From Catajapyx aquilonaris (Eukaryota), in contig KZ538088.1 in the NCBI GenBank assembly GCA_000934665.2, forward strand, positions 62,001 to 126,000: a DNA stretch of 64,000 nt, read 5' to 3'. Each line of letters starts with the position of its first letter. Within the stretch, counting starts at the first letter, position 1. Positions 52,201-64,000 of the stretch are shown piece after piece. The notes below the pieces were generated by a model. It worked only from the letters and a program-made list of their open reading frames with translations. It was not told the DNA's origin and searched no databases. The position numbers and the translations under genes were made by a program.

Positions 52201-53039
52201 TCGTAAAGGCCACGATATCAGTTTACTGTTCAACTTGGGCTAAAAATGCCTAGCAATAAATCACCTGCTATCCGAAAGTTCTATACATGCTTGTTTTTTT
52301 AAGTATCGCTAATATTTTGCAAAAAAAAATCACTGACTATAACAACACTGTGTGGACAGTATTAGTGTGCAGCTGTAAATTATTACTCTGGCTAATGCAG
52401 CTATGCATAAAGGCGTTTTAAATGTGGGTGATTACACGCATAAGCGACTTCGCTTGCCGATTGATTTCATGGCTAAAATCCGTACTAACATCATCACAGT
52501 GTCAGTGGTGATCTACCGTGTCATAACAATGAGCGATTAACAAATTGCATCACTGCATGTAGGTCACAAGCACATCTATGTCATTCAGATAACATGCCCT
52601 GCGTTAACCAGAGTGATTAAGATAAATGACGGTTGTAAAATGTTGTGATAAGCTGCGAGCTCGAAAGTGGCGAAATATCGCCAGATTTTAGACCCGTGAT
52701 ATCCCGTGAATAATCGCTTTTATTTGGGTATGACATTTGACATATGAAACGATTTCGTTTGTCAAGGAATGTTCAAAGCATGCCACCGCTTCAGCGTCAC
52801 AATTAATATTGTCAAGTTATATAAGCGGCAGCGTGCTTGACTCTTGGCAAAAGCAAAATATTTCAGTGAAGGATCATTCATCACGATATACAAATATTCG
52901 TAAACCTCCATTGGAATTCATGCGACAAAGCACTTGGCGTGCATTGCGTGGCGGAGATACGTACCTTTTATGGTAGGGATCCATATATTCAGGCAGCATT
53001 TTTATGCCCATTTCGTCCAAAAGCGTCTGATTCAACTTT
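46213..53039 (-). CDS. COLGALT1: Procollagen galactosyltransferase / glycosyltransferase 25 family member, 3' exons only
   Basis: Exons 53039-52965 ([24 protein letters not shown]), 50212-50155 ([20 protein letters not shown]), 50081-49954 ([10 protein letters not shown]...LDWDL), 47210-47007 (YLGRKR...DYSYWTLCY...[14 protein letters not shown]), 46462-46213 ([16 protein letters not shown]...KDEL stop). Upstream exons were not found in the window. The symbol denotes the COLGALT family, not strict 1:1 orthology. Confidence 0.93.
50637..51462. mobile_element. Degenerate TA-flanked MITE with CCGT termini
   Basis: TA|CCGT ... ACGG|TA, with gagattg(t/a/g)g(c/t)ca-type motifs repeated in both orientations (about 50654, 50853, 51000; inverse about 51428, 51447). 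Confidence 0.5.
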
Positions 53040-56000
53040 CTGAAAAGAGGAAGCCAACCATCAGAGTAAAGCAGCGAAATCGTGACAAAAACCCGGTTCA
53101 CAATAGACCTTTTTTTTTTTGACAGAATGACATCCCTTGATGTATGACATCATGCAAAACCCATTACAGTGACTGATCCAACGGAGCGAAAGAAGTGCTC
53201 TCTCTGTAGAGACGAATTTATTATCCGAACACCAAGAGGCGCCCCATGTTGAATCAATTCATCAATTAAACACACTTGCACTGCATCAGAAATGATTTCA
53301 ATTGCGGATCCGGCACAACAGCAAAGCCCTGCAAGTATCCAGGCGTCCTATTCAAGAACCAGGATTTACAACGGGAAGCTCTGGATGAAACCATGTAATG
53401 GCCAGAGTAAATCACAATATCATGGCTTACTCAGCCAGTTATTGCGTGAGCCTCATACCGCTTCACACTGTGTGGGTTCCACCGCTTCTTAAAGGGCATA
53501 TCTCGAATGACATTGCCAAATATTTAACAGTAATATTTCTGAATCACAGTTCAAAACATTTTGCATTTTTTGTTTGTTTGTAGAGGAGCTTATGAGAGTG
53601 CTGGTATCAAAGTTGTCGACAGCCACAAACAGTGAAGCTGCACGTCCCTTGTATCAACATGGTAAGCCGTCCAATATCTCTCCTCACCCTCCAGCACCTG
53701 TTGAGAATGAAGCAGATGCTGAGTTCAGAAGTTGTCAAGCCCACTAGCGTCCTAATTCCAGAACAGCTCTCTTACAAAATCTACAAGTCGATTCAACCGC
53801 ACATGTCACCATATAAATTAAGCATCCGCCTCTTGCACACAATACAGGGTGTCATGTAATCAACGTTTGTCGTTAAATAAAACTCAATAAGGCAGGCCTT
53901 GATAGCAGGCTTTCGATATAGGCCACCCTGATTATTATTTATGAACAATCGCTATCAGCAGCCAGCTTGTGCATTCCATGGCTCTGTTTCTGCGGTTATA
54001 AAGGGCCAGTGCGCTGGACTTTGACCACGTTCCCCAATAATCAAGGGTGCAGAACCCCCCTGAGGTAACGCAATAGTCGCGGAGGTATAGGAGGAAATGG
54101 GTTCACAAGAACTGATTCTATTTGCTTTTGACTCGCGGGAAAGGCTTCCACTTCCGCTCATCATCCGAGGGGCCCCAAATACATTACGATGTCTGTGCTC
54201 GGCCCTCTGTGATGTTTACCGCTTCAATGAGCTGGTAGAGTTCTGCCGAATAACTTACCAAGATCGAGCCGGCAGCGAAAATATTCAAGAGGTATTACAT
54301 GCTGCATTGTACAGTGCTGAAGAGTGATGTAATTATGCAGATTCACGAGGATTACATGGTATAAAGGGTTGAACATTCCCGTACTCACGCTTTGTAATCA
54401 AACATAACCACGAATATGCTTATGTAAAATAACCTCGCAAATCAAAGCACATGGAAGTAATAGAAAAATATGGCGCTTACAGACAAGTTAATAATAATCA
54501 ACGTGTAAAATATTGTCTAAAGTTACAGTCTTAGTCTGAAACTAAAAATTAAAATTCACTTGCAGCTGTGAAAATATAGCCAGTTCTATACGAAAAAAAT
54601 GGTGTTACGTACAGTATATGGACGAATAAATTACACTAACTCAAATGGAATGCGCAATTCAAACTTTCCCACAGTCCTCGCTTTTTCATATTAAACTCTC
54701 TGAAATGGATTTCTTTTCCGAAACATGTCCCTGACACCTGATGTAATCCAAATGGTTGCCGACCAAGCTGATCTAATATCCCGTTCGGCATTTTCTCTCT
54801 TCTTTGCGGAGTCGAATCGCAAAAATCTACCCCTCATATTTTGCGCTAATAATTCTCAAACTCCATCCCAAGTTCTGGCAAGAGTCGACTGCAAAGAAAG
54901 TGCTCGCCGAAATGTATTTTCCTCTTCGAAACGTGGCAATGAAGCTTGGGGGAAACGTCGTCATAAAGGACAACTTACGATGGCACCACGCGTGGGACGT
55001 TAATGCTCCTAAAGACTCCCCCGTCTTATGAGTTTCAGTCTCTTTTATTACAATATTTCAGCTTTATACCTTATTTGCGTGCAAATCAAGCCTCCGCGAA
55101 TGATGAAACTGGGCCATATCCCCAGCACGTAATTTCACTGAAAGGGGTAGCTTTAACCTATTACGAGAAAACACAACAAACTCTCTTGCAACCTAATAGC
55201 TATAAAAACACAATGTAATCCTAGAAGAACGGTTCTTTCCTTAATTTCTTATCGAGCGTTGTTTGTAACCAAGTTTAGAAAGCTTCATGCCAGGTGGCAG
55301 CCGCCATTGAGCGCAAATTTAATAATTGAAAGTGACAAGAATATTCCGATGCAAATGGGCAAAGTACAGTCCATCAAACGCAGATCAATGATTCTAAAGC
55401 CCATTGCCATCTACCCTACTTTGTCACCCCCTGACTTTGCATTCAAGTTGCACCCTTCGGTCTAACTTGGTTAAATACTGGGATAGACAGATGCAGAAGT
55501 TTCTTTAAATTATTCAAAAATAGAAGCTTGGGAGCATCTTGGACTATGGCATGATGCAGTGCTGGGAGACGGAGAAAAGAAATCTTCAAATGGCCCCTTT
55601 CATTTGCGAGTAAATGTGTCTTGAAGTAATTATGTTGATATAGAAGCAAGTGAAGTACGGGCAGCATCCATTAACGAACTTTGGCTCATTTAGTTAAGCC
55701 CATAACGTAAATGACTAGAACGAGCTTGAAAAAGTTATTCCCTAACTGTTCAACTTTAATGTTGGAGAGGCCGAGGAAAAGGTAAAAACAGGAATTCAAA
55801 TGATAACTGCTATTCCAAGAGCGCTTTAAAATAGTACTAATCTGACAATAGCCCTGGATGTTTAACAGAGCCCTTGCGCAGTTGCGCACCAGAACCACTA
55901 ATGACTATATAACGTACGGTTGAAGTAGCTCAATCGCTACGTGGAAATTTAGGCACCTCGTTTCACAACATTGCTTCCAAAACTTGAATATGCTCCACTT

Positions 56001-59000
56001 ATAATTCACATTTATATTTCGGTGGATGAAGCCGTTTTTTGTTACATTTAATTCTGAGAATTTCCGATTGAATGGCCAACCGATGTCACCATGCTTCGAC
56101 ACCTTCGCTGCTTTTCCCTTTTAAGTGAATCCACAGCTGTACCACGGATACGTAGTAAACCTATACAGTCGTGATTTATGGTCTACCGCAAACATTCTAA
56201 TGTCTACAGTTGACCTCTCAGAGGTCTAGTACTCAATAAAAGTCACTTCTGTCGCCCCCACAGAAGGCAGTCGCTCCTGTAGGATGTGCAGGAAGTACAC
56301 AAAAAAATGCAAGAATCCTCCGAGGCGTGTCTTCAAAGTCCCAGCACGATCGACCAACTAAACAAAAGACGTGTCAGGAATGCGATTGCGAATCGTCAGC
56401 GACAAAGTGGCCGCCATTTGCCGCCGTATAAAAGCTGCGGGATCTTATAGATTACCTATACGACTTCTATACTCTTCAGTCTAAATTCCCAAATGCCACT
56501 TTAGTACGGAACCATACTCGGATTTTCCTCGGCACCTTCCGGGGATTCCTGTGCTTCCTGGTATGTCGCGAGTTGCTTCTGTCCAATTTGCGGGTGAGAG
56601 ACCTTTTTTTTCCCCCCTCGGTAGTGTGTAAGTTCCTTTCGGCTTAGAACTCTAAAGTCAGGTTGGCTCGTCTCTTGATCCAGGGCTTGTCCGTTTTCCC
56701 CCGCCCCGAAGGAAAGCCACAGGAACGGTCTTATGCGGGCCGTGCAAACATGACGGCTGCGGGTAACCGTGAGTTATGGACGGTACGATGCTTTTCATCT
56801 AAGGTGAAACTTGTGAGACTCTAGTGACATGAGAAAGTAGATCCTGCACTTGGTTGAGTTTGTCCAACACTTATGAGGACTATCTCTGAGATACCCTTAC
56901 TTAGTTAGATAACCCTTACGACAGCATAATTAAAGCCGATCCAGTTGAGGCTTAAACAAGCCTCATAAAAGGAACTCTCATGCAACCAGTGCTATAGGCT
57001 AATGTATATCTCATAATAGCGTACTTTTTAAAGCAATGCCAATAATAATTAGTTTGAACATAATAGTATATGCTTTCTAATATTTGTAACTATATTGATG
57101 CTGGATGAACTTCATGCATTGAAAACAACGCTATATACTATGGTAATTGACGCTGATGCAAAGAACAGATATTACAGTAAACCACAAACCAGACACAAAC
57201 TGTACAGATTTGTTCACTGCACAAGGATCCAGTTCCAGACAACGGGCTGCGTAGGTAAATAAGTTCCGGATTGTTAACCATAAGCAACCAGTATAAAGAG
57301 ATGCAACCGGTGCTGTACTTACTGGAAATTCAGTTTCTCTGTATCATATACTCATTATACTGCAACAAATAACGACTTCCAACTTCATCAGTGGTGAACT
57401 TGTGTCTTAGAAATTGTCATTTCCATCCTTAAGGACGGACTTACCGCAATTATCTTTGTCAAGAACGCTCAGACTGTATAAATCTCCTTTACTATGTAAG
57501 CTTATTTCACAAATCCCTCTAAGTCCCTATGATTGAACGTATAGTTAAGTAAGCACTGAGTATTTCAGAGGTAGTTGCATAATTGTCATAAACTGCGCAA
57601 AAACGTATAAAAGTAACATGTGCAGGAACGTAATGCTTGACAGGTTGTCTTTGCTGTAATTGGTAATAACAGCTCAGGTGAACAGCAACAGTGTTCCGTT
57701 GTGTGATTCAGTATAACAAAAGACCCACGCAATGTACACAGATCGCTTACGGTTACAACTCCATTGTCAAGTCTAGCCTAATTACTGAAATAACAAGGCC
57801 AATGCTCCTATCTGGGGGCACGTGGCCATTGTGCAACATGATGTTGCCCAATAATTCCGCTTGTTATTATCCCCTTTCAATAGCCTCAGGTGCGACGTAG
57901 ATTTATGTTTCCCCGGCGCGTAACAATCTTTCACTCCAGATGTTGCAATTGGAATACAACAAAGTATGACATTGGCTCGCCACTTTGAAGATTAAAAAAA
58001 AAAAAAAAATCTAGTCTAACTATTCACTACACATTTTCCAGAATATACGGCGATGAATATTGCGCAGGAAAATAAGTTATAAAAGCGGTTAGAAAAAGTA
58101 TTCCACACAAACAGAACTTCTGCATTGAATAGTTAATAATGGTCGAATCCAATCGTATAATACTTTTTCCTCAATTACCGGGTACGGTTCTAATCATCTA
58201 AATTGCAGACAGATCATATTATAACTGCTACTCGTTATATATACACGAAGTCTTCCAAAGCAGGCCTTTAATTAATAAACGCCCCCATGATTCTGAAGTA
58301 CTTTATAATTAGAGAAGAAAAATCCCGCCCTCTGATGTTAAAACGGATTGAACAGATTGAATGACTAAACTCTTCAAAACCTCGCCGCTTCCTATAATAA
58401 CTTCTAACAATATGCCGGATGTTTCAGTTTGGGAACTGTATAATGTAGAAGTTACCAATTGGGTCCATACAATGCATGAGAAGAGCAATGTGTGGAATGA
58501 AATTTATAGAAAGCCTCCCATTCGCAGGCGCCGATTATCGTTAGACACCTACCGTACGCTACCACAGAGACTAGTTTCAGTCTGACAAAATATTTTCGTC
58601 GCCCACCACACGCTTGTTCTGACTGTTGAATTTGCACGAACCTTGTTAGCTTTCAAAACAATCACAGGTAAGATATCAATCAGAATAACTGTCATGCATG
58701 CGATATTCCATTTCGACGTACGTATAGATGTAACCTGTAATAACGACACTAGACTAATTCGTACGTAACTTTAGTTCTAAAATTCTGGCATAAGGTACTT
58801 TGTTTCTAATGAAGCAAAGTGACACTAATGAAAATTTTCACTTCACTATCAGAAGAAATTCGGGTGAAGCTTCTGATTGGATGCAAAAACCATTATTGGC
58901 ACCTTGTTCCCCATTCTGTCATTGTCCGCAATTTAAATGTGCTCCCCAAATGGGACGTTAATTGGCTCTCATACAAATCCTGTCCAGATGCTGAGAGAAC

Positions 59001-60039
59001 ACTGATTTATAACCTGGCGATGATGGTAGCCCTGGCGTGTGACACTCTTACCAAACAACAAGCTTGGAAACACTGTCTTTTTTTTACTGGACGTTCATCA
59101 ACAGTTTGACCAGTGGGCATCCCCAAATCCACGTGGAAATCACATGCAATATTCCCTATTGCGATTTAATCCTTTGATCTTTTCGAAAAACTGATCAAAC
59201 AGTGATGATGACAAAAACCCTGGCCTATTCAAATAGCTCGTTAGTGTGTGCTCTCAGCATTGGCCTACAGAGATGGTTCCAATCCGCATTAGGCGGGAAT
59301 AATTGACTCCGGAGTTCCCATATTCCTATTAGTACGTATCATGTGACGGGAAGTAAATTTTCGGTAACATTTTTATGCATTTCTATAGGAAACTACTACG
59401 TATAGATATTACACCGCGTCGCCATCAGAAAGACTATATAGATAGACCGTTATGCAGTGGAGGTTTTCAGGGACTATTAGGTGAAGTATGCTATAAAAAT
59501 ACAGACTTTTTAAAAACTAGCAGTTATTTCCCACCAGACGACAATAAAATTTGACTCTCCCAAATACTGCACGGGCGCAGTGGACCAGAATAGCGCATAT
59601 GGATATGCTCTGCGCACAGCTCAACTCGGTTGAGGTAATTTTTGAATCATATTCAGCGACGGAACGGCTCTTAGTGCTGGTGCTGGAGTAAAAGGTTCGC
59701 AATTAAATTACCAGCAATGCTGATGGAAAATATTTGCTCAAAGAAAGTATAGCGGCGACAGAGATATTATAGGCGAGTCGGTAAAGTGAGCGTTAAATAA
59801 CATTTCATGCTTGTACTTTTGAAACTGCCGGATATCCCAAACACGATTCAAATTAGTAGGCTGTAACTGAAAACACTGCTCTGTTGCTGTAATAAACAAT
59901 GAAAATGACAAAATTATTTCGTTGCACTTTCTAAATATTGAAGAGAGGAGACATTCGTACAGATGGCTAATTACTAGTCAATAATGTGCCCTTATTGCAG
60001 AGTTTTATTGGTACAACTGCAGGATAATACAAACCTGCA

Positions 60040-60380
60040 GGGGGAGGCACGGTGGCCGAGATGGTAACGTCTCGGCTTGCTATGCGAAAGGTCCCGGGTT
60101 CAAATCCCCACCCGGGAGCAAACCTTTCGCTTGCGTCATTGGGTCGTGACCCGCGCCTAAGGAGGCGTCTTGGCAACCTGACCTCCTGGGGGACTGCACC
60201 TGGCCCACCGCTGGACAATGCACCTGCACATGTGTCCCCTCCCCAAATCCCCAACCCTTACCCCATTTCCTAGAAATCCTTGCACCGGTGTCCGAAGAAA
60301 AAGTAATTAGAAAACTGTATGGTGGTCTGCCACCCCCCTATAACGACCAAGTGTTGTATCACGGGGTAAAAAAAAAAAAA
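60040..60380 (+). mobile_element. tRNA-derived SINE, apparently full length
   Basis: Pol III A box TGGCCGAGATGG (60053-60064) and B box GGTTCAAATCC (60097-60107), unrelated body, poly-A tail, and target-site duplication tacaaacctgca (60028-60039 and 60381-60392). Confidence 0.92.
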
Positions 60381-60417
60381 TACAAACCTGCATCGTACGT
60401 TAAGCCAACTGTGTTAT

Positions 60418-60791
60418 GGGTGGTCCAACTTTTTTGTCCGAACAGCTATTGACAAATTCGGCCTAAGCTGCTTATGTTGTAGTGCGTTACCTGGCAACCC
60501 TGTCCGGCGGGCCTATTCAAACATCAGCCCATGGAGACTGCTTCCATTGTTGCCACTGTTTACTAATTGAGTGAGTGACGCGGATGACCCAGCGACGGAT
60601 CTCTTCTGCCTGCGCACTCACTCATTCGATTTGTAAACAGTGGCAACAATGGAAGCAGTCTCCATGGGCTGATGTTTGAATTGGCCCGCCGGCCGGGGTT
60701 GCCAGGTAACGCACTACAACATAAGCAGCTTAGGCCGAATTTGTCAATAGCTGCGTGATAGCTGTTCGGACAAAAAAGTTGGACCACCCTG
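60418..60791. mobile_element. Fold-back MITE with about 146-bp inverted arms (Tc1/mariner-type end)
   Basis: 60418-60563 reverse-complements 60633-60789 with a few mismatches and one 11-bp indel; right end GGACCACCCTG|TA. Confidence 0.88.
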
Positions 60792-63700
60792 TATAAGTTT
60801 TACTTTATTATACGCTCTTGTCCTGCATGCGGTCCACTGAACACAGTGCAATTACATTACCTGCAATAATAATTGAATCTCAGGAAAAATCAAAGGCCTG
60901 ATATGCAGAACTATCAGAGCCACATTTTAGCCAAAATTGAGTTACGCACTGCTCCTAATATTTTCTTCCATAGGTACTTTCTACAGACAAAGTCAGACTT
61001 GGATAAAGAAATTACAGCCACATTGACATAATTTTGGAAGTAAATTAATCCTATATGCGGGATAACGTAATATTCAACTTCAAACCTCATATAGGTATAC
61101 TGTACAGTACGTACGTATACCTCGAAATCGTTCTGCATTTCAGGCCTTCAGTGGATGCATCTTGTTTACTTTTAATCACGTGCCTGCTGTACATGCTCGT
61201 CAAGTTTCCACTTATATAAATGGTATAGCAAAAATATAATCACGGACAGCATCTCCTCGTACGTACAGTACATCCAGTTCAGAATCCAACCCAATGCGCC
61301 TGTGACTTTTGATGCAGATCCGACCGAGCACGATACAAGGCGGGAATAGCACCGGGTGTCGCAAGAAATAGCTCAGAAAATCTCTCTTCCACGCATGTCA
61401 CCATGTTTTTGCCTCGGACACGAAAATATCCCAAAAGTTTCCCAAGGCGCACACCCACGCCTTTGATCTCAAACCTCCGATACAATTTCATGCGACTGTA
61501 ACCGCTTACAAGTCGGATCCAGCTTGTTATTGGGATATATCCACGATCTGTTTGGTGATAACAAAGGCCTTCCCGGTTATATTTTTAGCAGAGGAAACTA
61601 TTCAAAACAATCCCACACACCAGGCACACCTCGCTGCGCTTTCCTAAACCACCCTATGCCAAAAGGCACTATCGAAATGGCCTGGTCTTTGTCACTCCAG
61701 TCGGATCCTCCAGACCTATGCAACCACATGTAATAATGACTTTCCGCTTCACGGCCAAGTCCTCAATCCCAGAAGCGCCCTCCAAGGACCGGCATGCGAA
61801 AAATTGGGGGCATTTACAGGCAGGACCTACGCAGTGTTTGTTCCTGGAGAAAAGTCAAGAGTCATATAGGGAACAAGAACAAAGACTGCTTGTGATGCGT
61901 TGATGAGAGGACCCGGCAACTGGGCTGGAAATGGACCTTGTGTCCACATACAAACGACAGCTGACCCTCGCACTCATTATTACACGCTCCCTGCAGATTA
62001 TCTCATCAAACTTGCCCCTGCGACATGAAGCCGTATCCGAGCATCAGTTATCAAAGTGCTCTCGGCCGTAACGAGCTTGTTATTAATGGCAGAGTATACG
62101 TGCTGCGTAAAGGCCACAAATCGCGGGATGAACTCGAAGGACCTATTGTCACCATGTATATAATCATGGAATATAAAGGTTATCGGGCAAAGCTTTATAT
62201 TCTATGATTACCTTTCACTTTTTAAATTATATCACGCAAATTCAAGATGCCCCGAAAATTCTTATATTATAACTGAATCAGTTAAACTTAATACACATTT
62301 CACAATTATTAGGTTCTCACAGAAACATTATGCTAAAAGCATCCCATGTGAATAAGTTTTACCTGCATAGGGCAATAAGCCTGTAAATCATTGCAGCAAA
62401 TCCCCATAGGCCGTTTTCGATTTCCACATTTAAATCAACCCGTGAACAATAAATTGTTTACCGCATACATTATTATAACGAAAGCCGTATCATTAATTTC
62501 AATCAGTTTGAACATTAATATCTATAAACGCATTTTAATCAGTTAGAGTAATAGCACAGGATAATTAATTGTGGCAGTGACTTATTCCCTCGCATAGTTT
62601 TTCCTTTCACATGGTAGTCTAATTATGGCCTGAAAGCTTCACACCCATTGTGTTACGCCGGGTTTTTTTTAAAGGCGAGATCGGCAAAAGCAGGAAGAAC
62701 AAAGGTAATTTTAATAACCGAATCATCCCACTCAAAATATGCCGGCAGCACTATCACATTCCATTCTTCCGTAAAATAATACACAAAACAAAGAGCACGA
62801 GCTATAATATAAAGCCTGAAGGTGTTATAGATCAACCCACGGGAGCCAGTTAAACTGCTCCTTGGTTCGACACGTAGGACGCATCTATACTCTTAACTTA
62901 TGAATATTACAATATATTCTAGTGTTCTTGAATCGACCCGCCGGAATGATTACTTTAGACGTCACATAACCGCCAACCTCTCTGACCCCATAATGCCCGG
63001 GTTTCCAGGGTAGGAATGTTGACAAAATGTGAAGGAAATTCTAAGGGAAAATGTTTCAACAAAAAACTGCAATTTTACATTTCTGCGAAAGAGGAACAGA
63101 TGCAGTCAAATGAGTAGAAGAACTATAACCATGCGCAATCAAGTTGAATGAAACATAAATAGGTCCAAATCAGTGGATTTAGAGAGTAATCAAGTACATT
63201 CACCAGGAATTTTACCATGCTTGTATTTCATCGTGCACTTGCTTTTGTGCCACACAACACCAGCTACATTTCAATCAATCCTGTTCATCACATATTTTAT
63301 TCCCATCCGGCATAAAAACTTTTCCATCAAGTTCAATTCACACGTCACAGTGACGTGAATGTCATAAATGTTTCCGTAGTGCTACGGAAACATACGTATA
63401 ACAATCACGTCATTGGCAAAATATGAGATTTTACTGTATACTTTTAATCTTTTCGTTTGATCCATCCCCGGAGCTGCCTACGCTATAATTTGCTCGAGTA
63501 TCATTTGTCACCAGTGTTGTTGGTCGGATATTTACAAGCAGTGCCATATCAATACGATTGACGTCATTCCAAGCTATAAAAACACGTAAAAAATCAGGCG
63601 CATGTAACTTCCCATAATTTCATTTAGGATTATCACTGTCATATAATATTACCTTTATTAGCACGTACTATACACTTGCACTTTCCATTTGCCATCTGAA

Positions 63701-64000
63701 ATCCGTGGCTGTTACATAAAATTATTATCCGTTTTTAGCAAAAGTTACCCCCTAACAGCAGTATCTATGCAGAAAAAAATCATTATGCACATATTTCATA
63801 GTATCAGGCTAAAAAAGTTTTTTTAGTCCCATTTTATCACTGATACGTACTTATCCTGCGGCCCTAGCCACATTTCCATTGTGTGTGGTGGGTGGGAGTA
63901 AAGAGAAATATATATGTATGTCCCCACGTCTCTGTAACAAGAGCTGGGGTAATTCTATGTGCGTTACCGAATGGCAAACTTGGGCCAGAGGCTAATAGGT

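Noticed and set aside
60040..60115. Functional tRNA-Ala gene
   Set aside because: Acceptor and anticodon stems pair poorly, and the sequence continues into a body, poly-A tail and target-site duplication, so it is a SINE head.
1..64000. Prokaryotic-type systems (CRISPR arrays, operons, defence islands) or an autonomous transposase
   Set aside because: Spliceosomal gene structure throughout; no repeat-spacer array and no transposase or RT ORF seen.

Overview
Eukaryotic, intron-rich, most likely arthropod genomic DNA; almost all long ORFs in the supplied track are spurious, so genes were assembled by hand from GT-AG exons with phase checks. The left 26 kb holds a tandem pair of Arrowhead (Awh / Lhx6/8-family) LIM-homeobox genes on the minus strand: paralog B is complete (25084->14748) and paralog A (7613->459) runs off the left edge. 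A compact cluster follows: TBC1D13 (minus, 8 exons) head-to-head with a PLPP6-type PAP2 phosphatase (plus), then alpha-tubulin acetyltransferase ATAT1 (minus, 4 exons), then the 3' five exons of a procollagen galactosyltransferase (COLGALT/GLT25D, minus, KDEL end). No further COLGALT exon was found before the right edge. Non-coding DNA carries several non-autonomous elements (Tc1/mariner-pogo-type MITEs, a two-copy TAA/TTA-flanked MITE, a piggyBac-like element, a tRNA-derived SINE, a DINE-1/HINE-like remnant) and three long TATA-centred palindromes. I see no solid evidence of a wholly new biological system. The most notable items are the Awh duplication, a candidate alternative Awh C-terminus and the palindrome/MITE nest.
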